From: an uncultured virus (IMG/VR IMGVR_UViG_2061766007_004183)
Lineage: Duplodnaviria; Heunggongvirae; Uroviricota; Caudoviricetes
Virus record (IMG/VR): IMGVR_UViG_2061766007_004183
Strand: one strand, 5' to 3'
Length of the DNA stretch: 55,919 nucleotides
This document shows positions 9,454 through 16,982 of the stretch, piece by piece (the stretch's first letter is position 1; every line of letters begins with the position of its first letter). Below the pieces are notes generated by a model. That model did not search any database. It was not told the DNA's origin and saw nothing but the letters and a program-made list of their open reading frames with translations. Both the position numbers and the translations under genes were made by a program.

Positions 9454-10653
9454 ATGCTTGAAGTCAAAGGAAAAGTGAATACCGCGATTTGCTACGCCAA
9501 GGTCATTGAGAACGAGGCAGTCGAGCAGATCCGGCGCATGTGCGACTACGGCTTCACGGAGGGCAGCCAAATCCGAATCATGCCCGACGTTCACGCCGGC
9601 GCGGGTTGCACGATAGGAACGACGATGACCGTTCTTGATAAGGCTGTTCCCAATGTAGTTGGTGTGGATATCGGTTGCGGCATGTATACCGTACGACTCG
9701 CGGAGCAGGAGATCGATTTTGAAAAGCTGGACGAAGCCGCGCACTTCATTCCCTCCGGCATGAACGTATGGGAAGGCCGCCAAGAACGCTTTGACCTGAC
9801 CGGACTTCGCAGTTACCGCGCCTTAAAAGACACACGACGTCTGGAAAGAAGCCTGGGCACCTTGGGCGGCGGCAACCATTTCATTGAAGTCGACACCGCA
9901 ACTGGCGGAACGAAATATCTTATCATCCACTCCGGCTCCCGCAACCTGGGCAAGCAGGTAGCAGAATACTATCAGCGTTTGGCCATTGATCTGAGCAAAG
10001 GAAAAGCGGAATACTTCGCGAAACGCGATGCTCTGATTGCGGAATACAAGGCTGCCGGACGAAGAGCTGAGATCCAGCAGGCACTGAAAGAACTGAAATG
10101 GAACTCCAAAGAGTCGGAGATACCTGAGGATCTGTGCTTCGTCTACGGTCAATACCTGGATGACTATCTTATCGATGTAGAAATCTGCCAGAGCTTTGCC
10201 CGCAGGAGCCGCGAACTGATGGCGGAGATCCTCCTGCAGCGTAGCGGACTGACGGCGTTGGATTCCTTCCACACCATTCATAATTACATCGACACGAAGG
10301 AAATGATCCTGCGCAAGGGTGCCATTGCCGCCCATGACGGTGAGAAAGTGCTGATTCCCATCAACATGCGCGACGGCAGCGTTTTGGCAGTCGGTAAGGG
10401 CAATCCCGAATGGAATTTCTCTGCACCCCACGGTGCGGGGAGGATCATGTCCAGGACCGCGGCAAAAGCGAATCTGGATATGGAAGAATACCGCAGGGAG
10501 ATGGCCGGCATCTTCACCACTTCCGTGAGCGAGGCCACCATCGACGAAGCGCCCATGGCCTACAAGTCCCTGGAGGATATTATCGGCGTGATCTCAGACA
10601 GTGTCGACGTGATCGAAGTACTGAAACCCATTTACAATTTCAAGGCTGGCTGA
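9454..10653 (+). CDS. rtcB: RtcB family RNA 3'-phosphate/5'-OH ligase
   Basis: MPDVHAG.G..IG, VGVDIGCG, GTLGGGNHFIE, IHSGSR, HNY, RKGA, SAPHGAGR, DEAPMAYK; GGAGGA RBS. Confidence 0.95.
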   Translation: MLEVKGKVNTAICYAKVIENEAVEQIRRMCDYGFTEGSQIRIMPDVHAGAGCTIGTTMTVLDKAVPNVVGVDIGCGMYTVRLAEQEIDFEKLDEAAHFIPSGMNVWEGRQERFDLTGLRSYRALKDTRRLERSLGTLGGGNHFIEVDTATGGTKYLIIHSGSRNLGKQVAEYYQRLAIDLSKGKAEYFAKRDALIAEYKAAGRRAEIQQALKELKWNSKESEIPEDLCFVYGQYLDDYLIDVEICQSFARRSRELMAEILLQRSGLTALDSFHTIHNYIDTKEMILRKGAIAAHDGEKVLIPINMRDGSVLAVGKGNPEWNFSAPHGAGRIMSRTAAKANLDMEEYRREMAGIFTTSVSEATIDEAPMAYKSLEDIIGVISDSVDVIEVLKPIYNFKAG

Positions 10654-10700
10654 GCCGGACTCCTGTTCCGGCTCAGGGCCGGAACAGGAGAGAAAAACAG

Positions 10701-10955
10701 ATGAATAACATGCCGGTCATAGACATGACCGCCACCGGGATGAATATCACCCGGCTCCGAATAAACGCAGGCCTCACCGTCCGCGATCTTCAGACAATAT
10801 TCGGTTTCAGCACCCCGCAGGCCATCTACAAGTGGCAGCGCGGTGATGCCATGCCCACTCTCGACAATATGCTGGTGCTTGCCGCTGTTTTCGGAGTGAC
10901 GATAGACGATATTCTTGTCGTTCAAAACCCTAACGCGATCCGTGTGATCGCATAA
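10701..10955 (+). CDS. XRE-family helix-turn-helix regulator
   Basis: I.RLR...GLTVRDLQ..FGFSTPQAIYKWQRG..MPTLDN..VLA..FGVTIDDIL. Confidence 0.9.
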   Translation: MNNMPVIDMTATGMNITRLRINAGLTVRDLQTIFGFSTPQAIYKWQRGDAMPTLDNMLVLAAVFGVTIDDILVVQNPNAIRVIA

Positions 10956-10986
10956 TAAATCCGCCCGGTTCTCCGGGCGGACACCT

Positions 10987-11063
10987 GGCCCCTTGGTCAA
11001 GCTGGATAAGACGTCGGCCTTTCAAGCCGGAAGCGCTGGGTTCGAGTCCCGCAGGGGTCACCA
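10987..11063 (+). tRNA. tRNA-Glu(TTC)
   Basis: Cloverleaf; anticodon arm TCGGC-CTTTCAA-GCCGG; encoded CCA. Confidence 0.9.
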
Positions 11064-11067
11064 ATAA

Positions 11068-11141
11068 ACCGGATTGGTGTAACGGCAGCACGCCTGGTTC
11101 TGACCCAGGAAGACGTGGTTCAAATCCGTGATCCGGTGCCA
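11068..11141 (+). tRNA. tRNA-Gln(CTG)
   Basis: CCTGG-TTCTGAC-CCAGG; GCCA end. Confidence 0.9.
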
Positions 11142-11144
11142 TAT

Positions 11145-11221
11145 GGTCCCTTAGTCAAGCTGGATAAGACGCCGGCCCCTCAAGCCGGAGGCGTAGGGTT
11201 CGAGTCCCACAGGGATCACCA
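11145..11221 (+). tRNA. tRNA-Glu(CTC), C33
   Basis: CCGGC-CCCTCAA-GCCGG; ACCA end. Confidence 0.88.
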
Positions 11222-11227
11222 TTATTC

Positions 11228-11313
11228 GCTTGCGTGGTGGAATTGGAATACACATCCGGCTTAAGTCCGGATGCCAGACCGGCTTAAGGGTTCAAGTCCC
11301 TTCGCAAGCACCA
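11228..11313 (+). tRNA. tRNA-Leu(TAA)
   Basis: TCCGG-CTTAAGT-CCGGA; long variable arm; ACCA. Confidence 0.9.
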
Positions 11314-11314
11314 T

Positions 11315-11402
11315 GCGCGAGTGGCGGAACAGGTATACGCACCGGCCTCAAGTACCGGAGCCCGGACTGGGCCTGTGAGTTCGAATCTCACCTCGTGCAC
11401 CA
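11315..11402 (+). tRNA. tRNA-Leu(CAA)
   Basis: CCGGC-CTCAAGT-ACCGG (C31-A39 mismatch); long variable arm; ACCA. Confidence 0.88.
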
Positions 11403-11405
11403 TGA

Positions 11406-11480
11406 TCCGGGTTGGTGTAACGGTCAGCACGATCAGCTTTGACCCGATGCGTTGAGGTTCGAATCCTCAACCCGGAGCCA
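11406..11480 (+). tRNA. tRNA-Gln(TTG)
   Basis: ATCAG-CTTTGAC-CCGAT (A30-C40 mismatch); GCCA. Confidence 0.85.
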
Positions 11481-11483
11481 TAT

Positions 11484-11557
11484 GGTCCCGTGGCCAAGAG
11501 GCAAGGCTGCGGATTGCAAATCCGTGATCGTCCGTTCGACTCGGACCGGGACCTCCA
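11484..11557 (+). tRNA. tRNA-Cys(GCA)
   Basis: GCGGA-TTGCAAA-TCCGT; U73 discriminator, TCCA. Confidence 0.9.
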
Positions 11558-11561
11558 TAAT

Positions 11562-11650
11562 GCAGGATGATTCCGGGCGGCCTCGGAACCGGTCTAGAAA
11601 ACCGTGGGCAACAGTGATGTTGTGGGGATCGACACCTCCGTCCTGCGCCA
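11562..11650 (+). tRNA. Non-canonical 8/4 tRNA-Sec-like 'allo-tRNA', anticodon AGA, Ser identity
   Basis: 8-bp acceptor GCAGGATG/CGTCCTGC, 6-7-bp D-stem with 4-nt loop, CGGT-CTAGAAA-ACCG, 6-bp variable stem, 4-bp T-stem GGGG-ATCGACA-CCTC, G73-CCA. Confidence 0.75.
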
Positions 11651-11659
11651 AAATAACAT

Positions 11660-11749
11660 GCTGCGATATCCTAATTTGGTAAGGAACCTCCCCGCTAAGG
11701 AGGCGGTGCTTCACGGCCCATGGGCGTTCGAATCGCTCTCGCAGCGCCA
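11660..11749 (+). tRNA. tRNA-Ser(GCT), C33
   Basis: CCTCC-CCGCTAA-GGAGG; long variable region; GCCA. Confidence 0.82.
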
Positions 11750-11753
11750 ATAT

Positions 11754-11839
11754 GCACAGGTGGTGGAATTGGAATACGCGCCAGGCTAAGGACCTGATCC
11801 CTCTGTGGATTGCGGGTTCGAGACCCGCCCTGTGCACCA
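11754..11839 (+). tRNA. tRNA-Leu(AAG), A34 anticodon
   Basis: CCAGG-CTAAGGA-CCTGA; long variable arm; ACCA. Confidence 0.85.
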
Positions 11840-11842
11840 TAT

Positions 11843-11918
11843 GCGCTTTTAGCTCAGTTGGTAGAGCAGCAGCCTTTTAAGCCGCAGGTCGTGGGTTCGA
11901 GCCCCGCAAAGCGCACCA
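11843..11918 (+). tRNA. tRNA-Lys(TTT)
   Basis: GCAGC-CTTTTAA-GCCGC (A29-C41 mismatch); ACCA. Confidence 0.88.
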
Positions 11919-11922
11919 CCAT

Positions 11923-11999
11923 GTCCGCGTAGCTCAGTCTGGCAGAGCATCGCTCCTATTTGGAGCGCCAAGTCACCGGTTCAAATCCGGCCGCGGACG
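11923..11999 (+). ncRNA. tRNA-like RNA or pseudo-tRNA (aberrant anticodon arm, no encoded CCA)
   Basis: Acceptor GTCCGCG/CGCGGAC, D-arm GCTC..GAGC and T-loop TTCAAAT present; anticodon arm CGCTC-CTATTTG-GAGCG; followed by GTACCG. Confidence 0.6.
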
Positions 12000-12005
12000 T
12001 ACCGT

Positions 12006-12081
12006 GGGATCTTAGCTCAGTTGGTAGAGCGGCAGGTTGAAGCCCTGCGCGTATCTGGTTCGAATCCGGAAGATCCCACCA
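12006..12081 (+). tRNA. tRNA-Phe(GAA), G37
   Basis: GCAGG-TTGAAGC-CCTGC; ACCA. Confidence 0.9.
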
Positions 12082-12085
12082 CAAT

Positions 12086-12171
12086 GCACAGATGGCGGAA
12101 TGGTATACGCTCCAGTTTCAGGAACTGGTGTCCTCCGGGATGTGCGAGTTCGAGTCTCGCTCTGTGCACCA
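12086..12171 (+). tRNA. tRNA-Leu(CAG)
   Basis: CCAGT-TTCAGGA-ACTGG; long variable arm; ACCA. Confidence 0.9.
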
Positions 12172-12176
12172 TATAT

Positions 12177-12261
12177 GGGGGAATAGCCAAGTGGCCAAAG
12201 GCGCCTGACTGTAAATCAGGTGGTTTATCCTTCAGTGGTTCAAATCCACTTTCCCCCACCA
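12177..12261 (+). tRNA. tRNA-Tyr(GTA)
   Basis: CCTGA-CTGTAAA-TCAGG; ACCA. Confidence 0.9.
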
Positions 12262-12342
12262 GAACTGAGTTGACTCACAAGCTTGACGGCCTGTGGGTCA
12301 CTTCGATATAATCTGTCTGTATCTTACTAAAAGGAGCACACC

Positions 12343-12603
12343 ATGACTGTATATCGAATTTTCGTCGCCGATATAGGCGAGTATAAAAACTCCACGAAGT
12401 ACAGGTTCATTGCAGATTTCTCAGATGCGAAAACCGCATCTGATTATGTCGGCTTCATGCGCGGAAAGAAACGGTATGCAAAGCAGGATATTATCGTCAA
12501 GGAAGTGACGGTCACGGAAATTGACACTGCTGCAGGAGCGGTAGTCGGCGTGATCAGTGTCCTCGGAGAATCACTTCCTATTGAAGAAATCGATTTTAAA
12601 TGA
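12343..12603 (+). CDS. Hypothetical protein
   Basis: AAGGAG RBS; TTGACG-18-TATAAT upstream. Confidence 0.65.
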   Translation: MTVYRIFVADIGEYKNSTKYRFIADFSDAKTASDYVGFMRGKKRYAKQDIIVKEVTVTEIDTAAGAVVGVISVLGESLPIEEIDFK

Positions 12604-12668
12604 TGAAGGTATCATCTGCCTGGGCCCATTTGGGAATATTCCTTATTACTATGATTTGAGGTGGTCGC

Positions 12669-13076
12669 ATGAAATACAACGATGAGATGGCCGGCTTAAT
12701 TGCAATAATGGAAGCTATCGTTGGGCAATTCTATCACAACGAGCAAAAACGGGGCGGTTTCTTTTTCCGGTATCCCGTTTCATTTATGAGAGACGGCACC
12801 AAATACGAATGTAGAGGAGGGCATATTCCTGATCTCACAATTGAGGAATTAAACTCCATGCATTACAAAACTGGTGCCAACTCACTTTATATCGGTGCGG
12901 CCTTGTTTCAAGTCCTTCAGTTTCTGGAGGAGCGGTATGCAGGAAAACTCGACTTTGCTGAGCTGGAAATGGAGTATCAGTTAAGCCAGATTAGAGCGCC
13001 ATTTTCACTTTTCGATTTATTCAATGACAATGGTGAGAGTGATGACGAAGACGAGGACTATGACAATGATGAATGA
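12669..13076 (+). CDS. Hypothetical protein with acidic tail
   Basis: GAGGTGG RBS; 135 aa. Confidence 0.65.
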   Translation: MKYNDEMAGLIAIMEAIVGQFYHNEQKRGGFFFRYPVSFMRDGTKYECRGGHIPDLTIEELNSMHYKTGANSLYIGAALFQVLQFLEERYAGKLDFAELEMEYQLSQIRAPFSLFDLFNDNGESDDEDEDYDNDE

Positions 13077-13087
13077 CGGTGATATGT

Positions 13088-13576
13088 ATGCAAAAGAATA
13101 AAATGTGCGAGATTGATGGTAAAAGATATGTTATTCCAAGCGTTTTTGGTGACGGAATTGGCTGGAATTGTTCAAAAGTCACTGCAGCCTGTAAGGACGG
13201 CAGAATAGTCGGTGCTTGCAAGGACACGAGTGGTAAGTGGATCATACCAACAGATACTGTGAAACCCCTCGAGACAGATCAGATCAGGTCGTTGATGATA
13301 ACCACAGTTTATTTGAAGAACAAGCCGAACCATGTGCTTGACTATTCAGAGCATGATAGCATAGTGGCTGTTTATTCATATTTACAACAAACCGGCTACA
13401 TAGAACCGTTCAACTCTTCAAGTGAAAGAATTACGTACGAAGTCGTAATGACCGAAAAAGGTCTTAAGCTGGCAACAGAAGGGAAGCAACTAAGTCTTAA
13501 CTGGTTGAGTATTGGAACAACTGTTATTCAGGTCGCTGCTAGTATACTCACGATTGCACAGGCATTAGGAGCGTAA
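13088..13576 (+). CDS. Hypothetical protein (possible N-terminal HTH, C-terminal hydrophobic segment)
   Basis: VTAACKDGRIVGA.K...GKW.IP resembles excisionase-type HTH; start uncertain. Confidence 0.5.
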   Translation: MQKNKMCEIDGKRYVIPSVFGDGIGWNCSKVTAACKDGRIVGACKDTSGKWIIPTDTVKPLETDQIRSLMITTVYLKNKPNHVLDYSEHDSIVAVYSYLQQTGYIEPFNSSSERITYEVVMTEKGLKLATEGKQLSLNWLSIGTTVIQVAASILTIAQALGA

Positions 13577-13785
13577 TTAAGCCTAGGTTTGCAACTACCA
13601 TCGGTCAGCATCTCCAGCTGGCACCGCCGTGCAGCCGTTATCGCCGCATCAGCTGCCGCCGACCACAGTACACGCCTATCGGAGTTCGAGAAATAGCCTG
13701 AACCGAGGAATTCTCGGCTCGGGCTATCTGCTTATTTGGCCTATATTCCGGTTTTAGAATGACAACGACAAATTTTCGGTGACAA

Positions 13786-13842
13786 ATTTTCTGCGTATCT
13801 GATTCAAAAAAGTGTTGACACGCAGAAAATACGTGCTATAAT
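13786..13842 (+). promoter_or_regulatory. SigA promoter with flanking inverted repeat
   Basis: TTGACA(13815)-16-TATAAT with TG; ATTTTCTGCGT/ACGCAGAAAAT inverted repeat brackets the -35. Confidence 0.7.
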
Positions 13843-13931
13843 GTGCTATTCCAAGCTTGCTTGGACAGGGCAACATCATAGTCTACCGTTTATTGATTCT
13901 TGGGGCTCTGCCCTGGAAAGGAGGTAGTGCT

Positions 13932-14099
13932 ATGAGCTTTGTAGTCACGATCGACTGGAAGTCCGTTGTTGCCCTTGGCTTGGCTGCGGGCGTGATAATC
14001 CTCTGCACGAAGATGACGCCTGACGCAGCTGAGAGAGTGTCAATCCATACGATTGATGCTTGCAAGGAGTTTGCGGTTGCTGGAAACGGCAACCAATGA
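13932..14099 (+). CDS. Small single-TM protein (55 aa)
   Basis: AAGGAGGT RBS; VVALGLAAGVIILC hydrophobic stretch; own promoter and terminator. Confidence 0.65.
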   Translation: MSFVVTIDWKSVVALGLAAGVIILCTKMTPDAAERVSIHTIDACKEFAVAGNGNQ

Positions 14100-14113
14100 C
14101 TCCCATATGTCAG

Positions 14114-14148
14114 GGCACGTAATCTTCGGGTTATGTGCCATTTTCTTT
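14114..14148 (+). terminator. Intrinsic terminator
   Basis: GGCACGTAATC-TTCG-GGTTATGTGCC then T-rich tail. Confidence 0.7.
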
Positions 14149-14175
14149 ATTTCACTTCAAAAGGAGTTTGCATTC

Positions 14176-16869
14176 ATGGATATCATTGACAATGCTATCA
14201 ATCAAAGAATAATGTCCGGCAGTTTCCCAACAGAAAAACTGTTTCCCGCTTCCATAGAAGCTGGACGTGATATAGATATTTTGGCTCATGCTGAGCCTAC
14301 GCTCGAAATGCTCAAGCATAATCCGGATTTGTTGTTTTTGTTCTTTACTGGCTTTAGTAAGAAAGTTAAGGAACTGGACTTGCTTCAACGTCCTGAGGGT
14401 TACATCCAAGATGTCAATTATCTTATCAACGCAAAGTGTTCAGAGGATTATTTGCTTATCGACGGTTCCCTTCAAGCTGCTGCTAACCTTTGCCCCGTAG
14501 TTACCCCTTTGGATAAAACAATGTGGTTTGGTGCATATGCCTTCTCTATGGAGATTGCGCTGAATCAAGATGCACCTATCGAAGAGTCAACCAATATGAT
14601 GTTTGCATGGATTCATCTGTTGCATCTTGCGCAAGAAATGGAAATAAAGACGGGATTAACAATCGAAATTGAAGATGTCAGAACGTCAACACAGATTTTT
14701 GATTTTCTCAATGGTAAGTATGAGGAGAGTAAACCCCATGGCGTCTTTAGACAGTTAACAAAAGATGAGATTGATGGACTCCATACGCTATCTAAGAAAA
14801 GGATTGAGCTGCTCTCAGAAATCGAAGAAGAAAGAAGACTTGCAGAGGAAACAGCGAAGAAAACAGACAGAGAGTGGGAAATCTTCCTTCAGATTGTTAA
14901 CGATTTGTCTGAAAGGGAAGCTGTTGTCATAAACAAAATATGTGATGCAGTTTCTTCAAAAGACAAAATTCGAGCTATCCAGGATTATTACTCCGTTCTT
15001 TACGGAATTGAGAAAGGCCATTATGCCCTTCACGGAGAAGACATCATTCTTGTCCCGGTATTTGAAGCAGTAAATGAACGGATGAATAAAGCTTCTACAT
15101 ATGCAAGTGCGTTTGTTGAAGAGAGTACTCCGTTTAGGATTCATCCTGCTTTGTTTTCACTGGCAATGAATCCAAAAACATATAATTACCTTTTCATGTC
15201 TTTCCATCATTTTAGATTGGATCCCAGCAAAGATACTGCGAAGAGGTTTTTTTCCTTGGCATTGACGTGCATAAAGAGGAATCTTGGAGGGGACGAGCGG
15301 GAGTGGATTTCACTTAGTGAAATGATTAAGGACTTCTATACTACTGTCTTCAATTATATGCAAGAGAACAAATCAACCATCGAACACCTCTCGTTTTCTA
15401 GACTGCTTAAAAATGTTGTTGCTGTGGAAGGGGCTTCGTTTGAAGCTGCTGAAGCATCGGAACTGTATAAAGAATTATGGTCCGCCAAACTCAGGGAATA
15501 TCTTAATAGTGATGCTTATGAAAAAGATATTGCAAATTTCGCAGATTTAAATACTCCTACACTGGGAATAGATGAATTGCTTACCCAAGTGAACGATGCG
15601 GAGTCAGAAATTGCCCAGCTTGAAAATGAAGTAAATGCCAAGAAGATTATTGTTTCGCTAAATATCATTTACTTATTCTGCGACGGACTAAGAATAGTGC
15701 TTTCCAACAAGCATGGGAACATCAAAATTAAGAGTCGTGAGGATGTAGAGAAATACCGGAGGTATTTGCTGAATCTAGATGATCAACTAGTTCATACCGT
15801 TTATGCGCATATGGATGAACATGAGATCGGAATGCTTGAATATAGAGAGATGAATGGGGTGTTCTCATTTACTCTGTCCGAGCAAGAGGCACAAGAAGAG
15901 GCCTGCAGAAACTCAATATTCTCCGGTATTCTCAAGGATTCCATTGAAACGCTGGCAGTAGGTATCGAAAGCAAAAACGCAGAACAGATTTTGGATACTA
16001 ATAGGCAAATAAGATCTGAGATCTTGAGATTTCCAGATTGTGATGCGAAGCAGCAATATGCAAGCTGGCTGGATTCTATAAGCAGCAGAATTTGCTCGGC
16101 ACTAGTTGAGAACTGCAAGAAACAAAAAGATGACTATAAAGCTGTAAAGCAGGGTATCCTGACTTCATTAGGCAGCAAAAGCGGGATTTTACCTTCTTCA
16201 ACAGTTGACACATTAACCACCGCTGAGATACTCTATGCAAGATATGCATCCGATGATTATGCCAGAGAAGGATTCGATTTTAGTTGCATTTCAGCTTTGT
16301 ATTACCAAGCCTTTGAAGAAGCCTATAATGATTTGATATGGAGTGGATACGCCACTAAACTCAACGGCCTTGAAATTCGGAAAGGCGTCAAGTATACAGA
16401 CATTCTTGACTTGTTTCGTAATGGACCAATAACTGATCCCTCTGCACAGGGATATCTTGATGACAACTGCCCATCTCAGCGAGGTTATTATGTTCAGTAT
16501 AAGAACAGAAAGAATCCTCAAACAACCATTAAGTCCAGTCTCATGTATACGAACTTTGCGATACTCATGAAAAACATCGCCAATCCAAGCAAACTCAATG
16601 GGTTTTGTGATTACTTTGCCCGGTTGACGGGTTTTTCAGGAAGAGCAGAGATGTTCCTCGATACGCCATTCATGCTAATATGCAGCGATTTCATCAAGAA
16701 CATTGACCAATCTTCAAAAAATCGAAATAATGCATCTCACGGCGGATCCCTTATCAGTATCACGCAATGTACAGCTGATAAAAAAACAGTACTGAACGAT
16801 CTGGAAGCTGTACGGAGCACCAGCATTGGATTAGTGCAACAGTTACTCTACATTCTTCAGAAAGACTAA
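14176..16869 (+). CDS. Large AT-rich protein with C-terminal HEPN-like domain
   Basis: LTTAE..Y....DFS.....Y.QAFE and RNNASH (RxxxxH) near the C-terminus; AAGGAG RBS. Confidence 0.6.
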   Translation: MDIIDNAINQRIMSGSFPTEKLFPASIEAGRDIDILAHAEPTLEMLKHNPDLLFLFFTGFSKKVKELDLLQRPEGYIQDVNYLINAKCSEDYLLIDGSLQAAANLCPVVTPLDKTMWFGAYAFSMEIALNQDAPIEESTNMMFAWIHLLHLAQEMEIKTGLTIEIEDVRTSTQIFDFLNGKYEESKPHGVFRQLTKDEIDGLHTLSKKRIELLSEIEEERRLAEETAKKTDREWEIFLQIVNDLSEREAVVINKICDAVSSKDKIRAIQDYYSVLYGIEKGHYALHGEDIILVPVFEAVNERMNKASTYASAFVEESTPFRIHPALFSLAMNPKTYNYLFMSFHHFRLDPSKDTAKRFFSLALTCIKRNLGGDEREWISLSEMIKDFYTTVFNYMQENKSTIEHLSFSRLLKNVVAVEGASFEAAEASELYKELWSAKLREYLNSDAYEKDIANFADLNTPTLGIDELLTQVNDAESEIAQLENEVNAKKIIVSLNIIYLFCDGLRIVLSNKHGNIKIKSREDVEKYRRYLLNLDDQLVHTVYAHMDEHEIGMLEYREMNGVFSFTLSEQEAQEEACRNSIFSGILKDSIETLAVGIESKNAEQILDTNRQIRSEILRFPDCDAKQQYASWLDSISSRICSALVENCKKQKDDYKAVKQGILTSLGSKSGILPSSTVDTLTTAEILYARYASDDYAREGFDFSCISALYYQAFEEAYNDLIWSGYATKLNGLEIRKGVKYTDILDLFRNGPITDPSAQGYLDDNCPSQRGYYVQYKNRKNPQTTIKSSLMYTNFAILMKNIANPSKLNGFCDYFARLTGFSGRAEMFLDTPFMLICSDFIKNIDQSSKNRNNASHGGSLISITQCTADKKTVLNDLEAVRSTSIGLVQQLLYILQKD

Positions 16870-16982
16870 GCGTTAAATGACAACGGCCGCCCAAAGGATT
16901 CATACAGTGAGCGGCCTTGTTTTTCGCCTATGATCTTGAGCTTGTCCTCATCCAGAACCACATATAACCCACAGCTCTTGTC

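Noticed and set aside
11562..11650. selC (tRNA-Sec) call
   Set aside because: Anticodon is AGA, not TCA; fold is 8/4 rather than 8/5; no sel genes in the window
11916..11921. CCACCA after tRNA-Lys as a degradation tag
   Set aside because: Single occurrence in a short spacer; easily chance
10930..12311. Short ORFs on both strands over the tRNA array
   Set aside because: Shadow translations of tRNA genes
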